A program made the position numbers and the translations under genes. Under the pieces are notes generated by a model. The model worked only from the letters and a program-made list of their open reading frames with translations. It did not search any database and was not told where the DNA came from. From the NCBI GenBank assembly GCA_963805085.1, contig CAWDTA010000002.1, positions 192,001 to 256,000 of the forward strand: a stretch of 64,000 nucleotides of DNA, given 5' to 3'. This document shows positions 10,519 to 19,782 of the stretch, piece by piece. The DNA is from an uncultured Veillonellaceae bacterium. Lineage in GTDB: Bacteria; Bacillota; Negativicutes; JARBTT01. Position 1 is the first letter of the stretch, and each line of letters opens with the position of its first letter.

Positions 10519-10629
10519 AAAAGTGTTCCACAAAGTCTACTTTGATTATGGGCTAGCCCAAAAATCATTTTTCGACTTATGTGGAACACTTTTATTTTGT
10601 ACCATTAAGGTATACCTTATTGGTGCACT
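10519..10629. repeat. res-site-like nested inverted repeats upstream of the resolvase remnant
   Basis: AAAAGTGTTCCACA..TGTGGAACACTTTT; inner TGGGCTAGCCCA; ACCATTAAGGTATACCTTATTGGT. Confidence 0.55.
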
Positions 10630-10636
10630 CATCTTA

Positions 10637-11821
10637 TTAATTTATATGCCTGTTATCATTAACTCGCTTTATGTACCGATTAAATTGAGGTACAGTAAAG
10701 TCCACTTCACCATAGCGGGGAGCATAGATAAACCCCTTATAAATCAATTGCCCTCTGACTGGCGAAATACTTTGCACACCTGTATTCATTTTGCTAGCTA
10801 TTTCGGCAATCGTACATGGTAATTCACCACATTCAACCATAGCAAGCATAAATTGCTTTTCCTTTGGTGTTGCTCGATCATACCGCACCTTGAAAAAGCT
10901 GTCATCCAAACTTCTCTCAAAATCCGGATAAGCTGCCTTCACAGATGCTAGATCAATAGTCTTATCTTTAATAAACGCCCAAACCTGTTTTCCATATTCC
11001 TGAAGAAAATAAGGATATCCTTCGGTAATTCTTAGTATTTCACCAATAGCGTCATCACTAAACGTTACATCCATTTTTTTAGCAGGCTCTACTAACGCCA
11101 ATTTAGCCGCCTCTGCTTCTAAAGAACCAATCGAAATAAAGCTAAATAGCCGTTCAGCATAGGATTTTATATCGCCAGCAATCTTGGTCACCTTCGGCAA
11201 GCCTGCTGAAATTAACGTCACAGGCAACCCCTTTTGATTTGCTCGATGCAAGGCAGTAATTAATGCTTCAAATTCATCATCTTTTAAATATTGTATTTCA
11301 TCAATAAATAGACAAACTGAACTTTCGCTATTTTTTGCAAGCGTTCCCATGGATACTAATAATTCCGTAAGATCATTAGAAAAATTTCCTGTATCCGATA
11401 CCCCTACTGCTGCATCCACTTCATCATTTATCCCTACACTTATTTCCCCCTCTGGAGAGTAAGTAATTTTAAAAGCTTTTAATACTGACATTGCTTTTTG
11501 AAAATAATTTTTTGCTTTTGCCTTAACGCTCATTTGTTTTATTAATTTTTGTATATGTAAAGAAATAGAGACTTTAAAAGACGAACGCTCTGACACTTCA
11601 ATGTGTTCATATAGGACATCATACTCGTCAGCAATCTCTTCAATTTTGTTTAAGAGTACGGTTTTCCCAACACCACGCAAGCCATAGTAAACCACCGAAC
11701 GAGCAGGATAGCCATGTGCCACATAAGCAATAATTTCTTTTGCTGCCTCAATGGTATCATCACGCCCAGCTAAATAATTTGGTACTAAACCCGCTCCCGG
11801 AGTATAAGGATTTATTATCAT
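10637..11821 (-). CDS. AAA-family (AAA_16-like) ATP-binding protein with C-terminal wHTH-like region
   Basis: NPYTPGAG..LAGRD, Walker A GLRGVGKT, Walker B LFIDEIQ, GYPYFLQ. Confidence 0.8.
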   Translation of the reverse strand: MIINPYTPGAGLVPNYLAGRDDTIEAAKEIIAYVAHGYPARSVVYYGLRGVGKTVLLNKIEEIADEYDVLYEHIEVSERSSFKVSISLHIQKLIKQMSVKAKAKNYFQKAMSVLKAFKITYSPEGEISVGINDEVDAAVGVSDTGNFSNDLTELLVSMGTLAKNSESSVCLFIDEIQYLKDDEFEALITALHRANQKGLPVTLISAGLPKVTKIAGDIKSYAERLFSFISIGSLEAEAAKLALVEPAKKMDVTFSDDAIGEILRITEGYPYFLQEYGKQVWAFIKDKTIDLASVKAAYPDFERSLDDSFFKVRYDRATPKEKQFMLAMVECGELPCTIAEIASKMNTGVQSISPVRGQLIYKGFIYAPRYGEVDFTVPQFNRYIKRVNDNRHIN

Positions 11822-11931
11822 ACAATCACCTTCTTGTCATGATTATTACCGCAATTATATCTTTATATTCGATAAATTTCAATATTTACGCTAAAAAATG
11901 CTTATATCTTTATTGATACACCCATTCAATT

Positions 11932-13161
11932 CTATAATTTTGCTACTACATCTAAATTCACACTATAAACATTCATTTTACCACTTTGCTTAACACTCAG
12001 CATATCTTTAGGTATTTGCTTAATCCAACCACGAATTGTAGATGGACTTAATTCAGCAATTTCTACTAGATTTTGAATACTAACACCTTCATCATCAAAC
12101 AAAGTACTTTGCACCAAAGCATGCAATATATTTCGGATTGGTTTATCTCCATTTGCATATTTTTCAATTTTTTCTTTATAAAAATTATACTGTTCGCCTT
12201 TTCCTTCAATAATAATACATAAATTTTCGATAGTTTCTTCTATAAGTTCCAAAAATCCAATAACAAAAGGAGTTAAATCACCTTTATTTTTATAATCATT
12301 CACTTCCTTAAACATATCATAATATTTTTTAAGCTTATTTTTAATCGTATACGACAAACTAAAACCAACTACTGATTCTAATTGCTGATTTAATAGATAG
12401 CTACTAATGAATCTTGCCATTCTGCCGTTGCCATCATAAAAAGGATGTATATAACCAAACATATAGTGAAATACTGCTATATTCACGAAATCGTTTAATT
12501 TATTATTGTTTAACATATCTAGTGCAACTGTCATAGCTGTAATAATTTTGGCTTCGGGATACATACCCTTATGAATCACCTTTTGGCTTGATGAAATTAT
12601 TTCAACAATTTCTTTTCTAAAAATATCACCATCTGGAGCATTATCTGGATTATCAGCTTTTACTTCTGCTAAAACGAATTCATCATAAAGTTTTCTAATA
12701 TCCTGACAGGATTTTAAAGTAAATTCCTGTCCATATGACAACATCATATATTTTTGTACCAAACCATACAAACGCTTCTTTTCCTTATTTTCTGTTTTAT
12801 CATCAATTAGCTCTCTGATTTCTTTACGTGTACTGTGAACACCCTCAATCTCGTTAGTCAGCTGAATTTCATCTACAATACACTTTAACGTAAATTGAGT
12901 CAAAGCAATCGGCGGTACACTTTTGGTTATTTTTAAAAGTCTCTTATCCAATTTCAAAATACTGGTTAATAAATTTAAAATTTCTAAATTCATAACAACA
13001 AACGCCCGATTTTCACCAATTGTAAAATCATAACGATAAGTAAACTCGTTATTAAATCTTTCTTTATATGTAGTTTCATAGGCTTCATTATTTTTATAAA
13101 ACAATTTATTTAAAGATTTATACAACACTTGACTCACATCCTTTTTGTCATTATACTTCAC
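11932..13161 (-). CDS. Fic-family protein with C-terminal HTH
   Basis: Canonical HPFYDGNGRMAR; TNEIEG inhibitory-like motif; C-terminal ELSPSTIRGWI HTH. Confidence 0.9.
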   Translation of the reverse strand: MKYNDKKDVSQVLYKSLNKLFYKNNEAYETTYKERFNNEFTYRYDFTIGENRAFVVMNLEILNLLTSILKLDKRLLKITKSVPPIALTQFTLKCIVDEIQLTNEIEGVHSTRKEIRELIDDKTENKEKKRLYGLVQKYMMLSYGQEFTLKSCQDIRKLYDEFVLAEVKADNPDNAPDGDIFRKEIVEIISSSQKVIHKGMYPEAKIITAMTVALDMLNNNKLNDFVNIAVFHYMFGYIHPFYDGNGRMARFISSYLLNQQLESVVGFSLSYTIKNKLKKYYDMFKEVNDYKNKGDLTPFVIGFLELIEETIENLCIIIEGKGEQYNFYKEKIEKYANGDKPIRNILHALVQSTLFDDEGVSIQNLVEIAELSPSTIRGWIKQIPKDMLSVKQSGKMNVYSVNLDVVAKL

Positions 13162-13182
13162 TCAAACAAGCAAGTAAACAAC

Positions 13183-13240
13183 AAATAAAACTATTTACTT
13201 ATTAATTTATGATTATTTTAATAAGTAAATAGTTTTATTT
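13183..13240. promoter_or_regulatory. 23-bp perfect inverted repeat upstream of the fic gene (operator or hairpin)
   Basis: AAATAAAACTATTTACTTATTAA (13183-13205) / TTAATAAGTAAATAGTTTTATTT (13218-13240). Confidence 0.55.
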
Positions 13241-13292
13241 TAAATTTTCTTATTATATTTTACCCATTTTAATATGATTAAATTCAATTTTC

Positions 13293-13319
13293 ACCGTTCA
13301 CTTTTGGTATATCTTTATG
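13293..13319. repeat. att junction next to spoIIID 5' half (attP arm 13293-13308 + core 13309-13319)
   Basis: ACCGTTCACTTTTGGT followed by ATATCTTTATG. Confidence 0.85.
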
Positions 13320-13430
13320 AACAGTACTTTTACTAACACCAAACACCACCGCTGCTTGCCGAACTGTATGTTTACTCTGCAAAATATGATCACAAATATC
13401 TAAGACACGTTTACGAATATATTCCTTCAT
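13309..13430 (-). CDS. spoIIID: spoIIID 5' half (codons 1-40; reads into the element and stops at 13284)
   Basis: RBS AGGGGG; MKEYIRKRVLDICDHILQSKHTVRQAAVVFGVSKSTVHKD, the SpoIIID N-terminal HTH. Confidence 0.95.
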
Positions 13431-13458
13431 TACTCTGCCCCCTAAAGCCATTTGCTAA

Positions 13459-13490
13459 CATGTATATGCAAACAATTAGGCAAGCAGAAC
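13459..13490 (-). promoter_or_regulatory. Possible SigE-type promoter of spoIIID
   Basis: Minus strand TTCTGCT-N14-CATATACAT; -10 resembles SigE cATAcanT, -35 weak. Confidence 0.35.
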
Positions 13491-13637
13491 AATGTAAAAA
13501 TTATACGATGATATAAAATAGAATGTGCGCGGTTATACCATAAAAATGGCTACACTAAAAATAAATTTTACATGTAGCCGCTATATATTTTTTTCTATAT
13601 GTTCCATACAACCAGCTCATTTTTAACAGGACTTTTA

Positions 13638-14723
13638 TCACTTGCTTCTTTTTCTACCTATTTTTATTTCAGCACCGATCCATAGCATAATAGGAATAAC
13701 AACCTGAAAGGGTAGAACATAATACTGAAAAACATCTGTAAAATTGAACAGCTCCATTACACTACTAAATTCAAAAATACTGATTGCCAACATTAAAATA
13801 CTTAGTATAAACAACACCGATCCATTTTTTTTAATGTTAAATAGTTTTTTGACTCCTTTTACCGCAGCTAATACACAAATTGATATTTTGGCAATCCCAG
13901 CTAATATAAAGTTATACGATATAATCATTTCAATTCTCGAAAGAAAATCTCCTATATTGATCATCCGCGCTGCTCTATAGGATGGAAAGTATGAATTTTC
14001 CACCATAGGAACACCCAAAACCATAATGCCAAGCAAAAACACAAGCACCAAAACTACCGTTGCTATGAAAATACCATACAAATAAATTTTATAGGGATTA
14101 TCACTCTTTTTAATTGAATCTGCGAATGTTAAAAATAGAACTGTTCCACCAAAGGTAGTCGTAAATATTCTTAAGCTTGCGTTTCCAAGGGCTGTAACAC
14201 TATGCTCCATAACTGGCAAAACATTAGAAATTTTTATTTCTGTAGTAGATAAAATCATGATATATAACAATATGACTAAATACAAAGGTAGTACAAACAT
14301 TGCCCACTTTCCCAAAGTTTCTATTCCACTAAAGGCGAGATAACCAGCGACAACAAGTAGTGTTATCATTATAGGAAGCTCTGGGGTTTCCTGTAAAGTC
14401 ACTATTTTAACAAATTCTGAAATAAGTCTGATTACAATAGCACTCAGATGAATTGCATACCAGGTCATCAAAGCAATGATTATTTTTCCGATTATATCTC
14501 CAAATACCGCTTGGGCTATATCGTACAAATCCATCTCTGGAAACAGACTGATAATCCTAGCATATACAAGTACAAGGATGCTGCCAGCAGCTAATGCAAG
14601 CAGGAGTGCTATCCAAGCATCCTGCCCTACTCCCCAGCTGACGCCCATTACAGCACTGCTCCCAAATAAAAACAATACAATCAAAAAAATAGTTTGCCGC
14701 ATTGATATCATTTCTCTTTGCAT
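13638..14723 (-). CDS. gerKB: Spore germination receptor B subunit (GerAB/KB), copy 1
   Basis: 10-TM APC-like; GQDAWIA, IGDFLSRIE. Confidence 0.85.
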   Translation of the reverse strand: MQREMISMRQTIFLIVLFLFGSSAVMGVSWGVGQDAWIALLLALAAGSILVLVYARIISLFPEMDLYDIAQAVFGDIIGKIIIALMTWYAIHLSAIVIRLISEFVKIVTLQETPELPIMITLLVVAGYLAFSGIETLGKWAMFVLPLYLVILLYIMILSTTEIKISNVLPVMEHSVTALGNASLRIFTTTFGGTVLFLTFADSIKKSDNPYKIYLYGIFIATVVLVLVFLLGIMVLGVPMVENSYFPSYRAARMINIGDFLSRIEMIISYNFILAGIAKISICVLAAVKGVKKLFNIKKNGSVLFILSILMLAISIFEFSSVMELFNFTDVFQYYVLPFQVVIPIMLWIGAEIKIGRKRSK

Positions 14724-14766
14724 AACAATACCTCTTTCGTCTGTCGCTATCTCTACATTCGCCATA

Positions 14767-15909
14767 TCACTTCGTTAACCCAGTATTTATGATGACGAAT
14801 TCTGGTCTTACTTCAACTTCCATTGTTTGAATATAATACTCCCAATTTTCTTTTAACTGATACCATAATGTTGGATTACTCTTATGAATCATTGCTCCAA
14901 ATCCGAAAATATCACAACCAAATTCTGTTTGTCCTTTTTTTACCACCTCATCCATTCTCTGTAAAAAATTCAAAGTAACTGCTGCTTTAATTTTTTCTAC
15001 ATTACTTTCTTTCAAGACATCAATATCAGTACCAATTTCACCGATCGTTGCCGTGGTCTTAATATCTAAAAAAACTTTAAGACGCTTTCCATCGTAAGAA
15101 TAGGATCTTTTCGTCTTATTTTTTGCTATTTCAAGCGCAAAATTATCCTGATTATCTTGATTTAAAGAAAATTTGGTAATACCTCCAGCAATTTCATCAA
15201 TCGCAAAAAGATAATACTTTGTTTCTTCTGGCGACAAATACCCTTGCAACTTATCTTCCTTAAAAATTGCAGATCCATTTACCTCTACCACTTTTTTATT
15301 TTTATTAGAAATACAGTGAACAGCAGGCAAAACTAAAGCTGCTTCCTTACCTCCGTGTAGAATATCAAAAACCTGATAATTTTCAATCTTTTTTGTAGAG
15401 GCTGTTAGTTTTCGGTCACTACTTATAATTTTTTCAAGTTCTTCAGAAATGATTTTGTCGTCTGTACCACTAGCTGCCAAAATTTCTTTTGCGGTTTTTT
15501 CTTGAGAAATAACTGGGATCGCCGTTTCTCTTGTCTCTGCATCTCGAATAAACCAGTCTAAACTAGGCTTTATTCCCTCTTCTCTAGCAATCTGATTGCT
15601 AATCACAATAATCTTTACATCACTTACATATAATTTTTTCGACAATCTTTTTTTCGCATTTCTAACTGCTTCAAATATCGTTTTTCCTTCCGATTCAACA
15701 AGCTGAGATTTACCAGTACCTTCCTTACTTGCCGCAGATAGATCTAGGATTTCTATTGTTAACTGATAATTATCGTTGTCTGTCTTTCTGTCGATCGCCA
15801 TACCTGTAACAATCGAAATTTTATTTAAGCCCCGATAATTCCAACAGCCACTGAGCGGAATACATACACCAATGATTAAGAAAATACTGATTAGCTTTTT
15901 AATCATCAT
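14767..15909 (-). CDS. gerKC: Spore germination receptor C subunit lipoprotein, copy 1
   Basis: Lipobox LSGCWNY; IVTGMAID; DIFGFG. Confidence 0.9.
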   Translation of the reverse strand: MMIKKLISIFLIIGVCIPLSGCWNYRGLNKISIVTGMAIDRKTDNDNYQLTIEILDLSAASKEGTGKSQLVESEGKTIFEAVRNAKKRLSKKLYVSDVKIIVISNQIAREEGIKPSLDWFIRDAETRETAIPVISQEKTAKEILAASGTDDKIISEELEKIISSDRKLTASTKKIENYQVFDILHGGKEAALVLPAVHCISNKNKKVVEVNGSAIFKEDKLQGYLSPEETKYYLFAIDEIAGGITKFSLNQDNQDNFALEIAKNKTKRSYSYDGKRLKVFLDIKTTATIGEIGTDIDVLKESNVEKIKAAVTLNFLQRMDEVVKKGQTEFGCDIFGFGAMIHKSNPTLWYQLKENWEYYIQTMEVEVRPEFVIINTGLTK

Positions 15910-17410
15910 CACCCCGATCATCACTATCCAGCCGCGTCTTATTTTTAGTCAAGGTCGCTGGCCGATTAATCATTTTCCACCATGGACCTCTAAAAAAAGT
16001 ATCCTTAACTTCCTGATATTTAAGATTATCCATCGATGTCATTTGCGGTATTCCGAAGGAATGTAAATTTAACAGATGCGTCATTATGATAGAAATTCCT
16101 GCAATAAATCCTAATAATCCCAAGATAGATGATAATGCAATTAACAGTATACGAAGATAAGCAACGGTGGCATTCAATTTAGGTACCAACAAACCAGTAA
16201 TTGCCGTAATAGCAACTACAATAAGCATTGGCGCAGCCACAAGTTTCGCGGCTACTGCCGACTGACCAACAACAAGCGAACCGACAATACTTAGTGCTGG
16301 TCCAATACCTGTAGGCATTCGTATGCCAGTCTCTTTTAGAATATCGAATAAGATGAGCATGACAACCGCCTCCAATACAGCTGGCAATGGCACTCCTAAT
16401 CGTTCCCTTGCAATATTTGTCAAAAGTGTCGTCGGCAGTACTTCTTGATTAAAATCACCGATGACAAGGTAGAATGCAGGCACAGTAATACTCAAGATAA
16501 ATCCCATAATCCTTAGAAGTCTTTCAAATGAAGTGTAATAATAACTTAGGTAGTAATCTTCAGGACTCTGAAAATTTTCAATAAATAGATAAGGCAGTGT
16601 CAACACCACTGGCGAACCATCAACAAATAAAGCAATCCGTCCCTCCAACAATTTTCCGACAACGACATCCGGCCTTTCAGTATAGCCAGTCGCCCGAAAT
16701 GGTGACAGGTTCGAATCGCGAATAAGTTCTGTAATGTAATTGCTATCTAAAACACCATCAATATTAATCGTTTCAAGACGACGATAAAGTTCCGCAAGAA
16801 CTTTTTTATTTACAATACTGTCAATATAACAAATACAAGCTTGCGTATGAGTCCGTACACCAAAGCTTTTGAACTTTATTTTCAATTCATTGTTCCGCAA
16901 TCTGCGCCTGACCATCGAAAGATTGATCATCAAAGCTTCACAGAATCCTTCCTTTGGTCCACTAAGAATCTTTTCACCGGAAGGCTCACCTATTGCCCTT
17001 GTGTTGAATCCTTTGCTATTTAGAAGAAGCGCCTCTGATTCCCCTTCTATAAATAAAATCGTATCACCATAATTAACTGCTTCAATAATTTCTTGCCATT
17101 GATTTGTTTGTTTCACCTGATTAATAGAAATTACTTGATGAACAAGAATGTCTAGTTTCTGTTCCTCGCTAAAGGAAACTCTTGATAGCATCAACGGCTT
17201 TATAATATTTTCGTTTATGATTGCAGAATTAACAAGACCGTCAGCTTGGACAATACAATATTTCAATGCAGTATTATGACAATTGGTTATCCACCTTGTT
17301 CCGATTGTCGCGTCATCTACGAATATTTTTTTTAATTCGGCAAGATTTTCTTCTAATGATGAAGAAAGTACATCTGCTATTTTATTCTTTTCTAAACTTT
17401 TTTTCAGCAT
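15899..17410 (-). CDS. gerKA: Spore germination receptor A subunit, copy 1
   Basis: GPKEGFCE, TERPDVV..LLEGRIALFVDGSP. Confidence 0.9.
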   Translation of the reverse strand: MLKKSLEKNKIADVLSSSLEENLAELKKIFVDDATIGTRWITNCHNTALKYCIVQADGLVNSAIINENIIKPLMLSRVSFSEEQKLDILVHQVISINQVKQTNQWQEIIEAVNYGDTILFIEGESEALLLNSKGFNTRAIGEPSGEKILSGPKEGFCEALMINLSMVRRRLRNNELKIKFKSFGVRTHTQACICYIDSIVNKKVLAELYRRLETINIDGVLDSNYITELIRDSNLSPFRATGYTERPDVVVGKLLEGRIALFVDGSPVVLTLPYLFIENFQSPEDYYLSYYYTSFERLLRIMGFILSITVPAFYLVIGDFNQEVLPTTLLTNIARERLGVPLPAVLEAVVMLILFDILKETGIRMPTGIGPALSIVGSLVVGQSAVAAKLVAAPMLIVVAITAITGLLVPKLNATVAYLRILLIALSSILGLLGFIAGISIIMTHLLNLHSFGIPQMTSMDNLKYQEVKDTFFRGPWWKMINRPATLTKNKTRLDSDDRGDDD

Positions 17411-17463
17411 AAAAATCCTCCCCTTACGGAAATTCACTGCTCGATATCTTAGTCATAAGCATC

Positions 17464-18573
17464 TTATTGTTTTGATTCATCTACTGATGATTTTTTTCTT
17501 TTTTTACCTTTTTTCATTTCAGCGCCAATCCATACCAACACCGGAATAAGAATTTCAAATGGCAACGCATAGTATTGATAAACATCTATAAACTTCATCA
17601 TTTCCATAACACTGTTAAATTGAAATATGCTTACTAGTAAAATTAAAATACTGACAAAAAATACAGTTTTCAGATTACTTTTAATGTTAAACAATTTTTC
17701 AACACCCTTTACTGCCGCAAATACACAAATTGATATTTTGGCAATACCACCTAATATAAAATTATAAAATATTGACATTTCAATTCTCGAAAACAACTCG
17801 CCTATATTAATAATCCTTGCCGCTGTATAAGATGGAAAATATGATTTTCCCAGCATTGGAACACCCAAAATCATCAGATTACGTAAAGCTACAAACACTA
17901 AAACTACCCCACCAATGAAAATCCCGTACAAATAAATTCTATAAGGATTGTCACTTTTTTTAATGGAATCTGCTAATGTTAAAAAAAGTACTGTTTCGGC
18001 AAAGGGAAATGTAAATAATTTTAACGTTGCTGACCCCATAGTTGGAAAATCATGTGTCACCATCGGTAAAATATTGGAAAATGTTACTTGTTTAATAGAT
18101 AGAACTATCGTAAATAACACGACCGCTATCACCAACACTGTGGCAATCATCGACCATTTCCCCAAAGTTACTATCCCGCTAACAACCAAATAACCCGTAA
18201 CAACAAGTGTTGCTATCATCACAACAAGCTGTGGTGTTTCCTCTAATGCCACAATTTGAATAAATTCCGAAAAATTTCTAAGCACAAAGGCTGCCAGATG
18301 AATCGCATACCACGTCATCAATACAATGATAATTTTCCCGATTATTTTTCCAAATATAGCTTGGGCTATATCATAAAGATTCCTCTCGGGAAATAAACTT
18401 ATTATTCTAGCATACACAAGAGCAATCATGCTTCCAAACATAGAGGCCACAACTACTGCAATCCAAGAATCCTGCCCTGCCTCCGAATTCATCCCCATTA
18501 CAGCACTGCTCCCAAATAAAAACAATACAATCATACAAATAGCTTGCCCCATTGATATCATTTCTTTTTGCAT
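17464..18573 (-). CDS. gerKB: Spore germination receptor B subunit, copy 2
   Basis: AGQDSWIA, FPFAETV, IGELFSRIE. Confidence 0.85.
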   Translation of the reverse strand: MQKEMISMGQAICMIVLFLFGSSAVMGMNSEAGQDSWIAVVVASMFGSMIALVYARIISLFPERNLYDIAQAIFGKIIGKIIIVLMTWYAIHLAAFVLRNFSEFIQIVALEETPQLVVMIATLVVTGYLVVSGIVTLGKWSMIATVLVIAVVLFTIVLSIKQVTFSNILPMVTHDFPTMGSATLKLFTFPFAETVLFLTLADSIKKSDNPYRIYLYGIFIGGVVLVFVALRNLMILGVPMLGKSYFPSYTAARIINIGELFSRIEMSIFYNFILGGIAKISICVFAAVKGVEKLFNIKSNLKTVFFVSILILLVSIFQFNSVMEMMKFIDVYQYYALPFEILIPVLVWIGAEMKKGKKRKKSSVDESKQ

Positions 18574-18615
18574 AACAATACCTCTTTCGTTTGTTGCTAC
18601 TTTACCTTGGCTTTA

Positions 18616-19782
18616 TCATTTAGCTAATGCCGTATTTATTATTACAAATTCTGGCTTTACTTCAACTTCCACATTTTTAAAATAATCATCCCAATTTTCT
18701 CTTAGCTGAGACCATAAAACTGGATTTTTTTTATTGATCATCGTCCCAAAGCCAAATATATCATAACCAAATTCTGTTTGTACTTTTTTGATTACTGCTT
18801 CCATCCGCTCTGCAAACACCGCACTTGTGCTCGTTCTGATCTTTTCTATATTGTCTTTTTTCGAAACATCTATATCTGTACCAACTTCACCAAGCGCTAC
18901 CGTAGTCTTAATATCTAAAGAAAATTTAAGACGATTTCCATCATAAATAAAAGATTTCTTCGTCTTATTTTTAAATATTTCAAACGTAAGGTTATCCTTA
19001 CTTACCTGATTTTTGTCGTTAAATGGAAAAGTTAAAATTCCTCCTTCAATTTCATTAACAGCAAAAAGGTAATATCGTGCTTCTTCTGGCGACAAATATC
19101 CTTGCAATTTATCTGCTTTGAAAATAGCAACTCCATTTACTTCTACTACTTTTTTGTCCTGATTACTGACGCAGTGAACGGCGGGCAAAACCAAAGCGCT
19201 CTCCTTCTCGCCTTGCAAAATATTAAGGATCTTATATGTGTCAATATTTTTTGTTGAAGCTGTCGTTCTGTTGTCGGCATCAAGAATTTTTTCTACCTCT
19301 TCCGAAACAATTTTATTATCAACACCACTTGCTGTGAGAATCTCTTTTGCTGTTTTTTCTTGAGAAATAACTGTTGAAAAGGTTTCACGTGGTTCCTCAT
19401 TTCTCATAAACCAATCTAGAAGGTATTGTATTCCTTCTTCTCTTGCAATTTGGTTGCTAATTACAACAAGCTGCATATCAGCAAAGTATAATTTTTTTGT
19501 TAATCTTTTTTTCGCATTCCTAACCGCATCATAAATTGTTGTCCCTTCCGCTTCAATGATTTGTGATTTATTTGAACTCTCCTTGCCCGATGTAGATAAA
19601 TCAAAAGTTTCTATCGTTAGCTGATAAGTATTACTATCCGGTTTTCGATCAATGGCCACACCTGAAACAATAGAAATTGTATTTAGCCCTTGATAATTCC
19701 AACAGCCGCTGAGCAACGTACATAAAGTAACGATGACTAGAATGCCAATCAACCTTTTAATCACAATCACCCCTATCGTCAC
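18616..19782 (-). CDS. gerKC: Spore germination receptor C subunit lipoprotein, copy 2
   Basis: Lipobox LSGCWNY; IVSGVAID; DIFGFG (true start probably a few codons downstream). Confidence 0.9.
   Translation of the reverse strand: MTIGVIVIKRLIGILVIVTLCTLLSGCWNYQGLNTISIVSGVAIDRKPDSNTYQLTIETFDLSTSGKESSNKSQIIEAEGTTIYDAVRNAKKRLTKKLYFADMQLVVISNQIAREEGIQYLLDWFMRNEEPRETFSTVISQEKTAKEILTASGVDNKIVSEEVEKILDADNRTTASTKNIDTYKILNILQGEKESALVLPAVHCVSNQDKKVVEVNGVAIFKADKLQGYLSPEEARYYLFAVNEIEGGILTFPFNDKNQVSKDNLTFEIFKNKTKKSFIYDGNRLKFSLDIKTTVALGEVGTDIDVSKKDNIEKIRTSTSAVFAERMEAVIKKVQTEFGYDIFGFGTMINKKNPVLWSQLRENWDDYFKNVEVEVKPEFVIINTALAK

Larger units (their letters stand above)
4342..13319. mobile_element. spoIIID-interrupting integrative element (skin-like), excised circle 8967 bp
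   Basis: 11-bp direct repeat ATATCTTTATG at 4342-4352 and 13309-13319, each abutting a spoIIID half; internal large serine recombinase; inverted attP arms. Confidence 0.92.

Noticed and set aside
11855-11912. Two internal TTATATCTTTAT copies resembling the att core
   Set aside because: They lack the terminal G of the central TG and the inverted arms; more likely an operator of the AAA gene or AT-rich coincidence.
4342-13319. Prophage
   Set aside because: No capsid, terminase, tail, lysis or replication genes.
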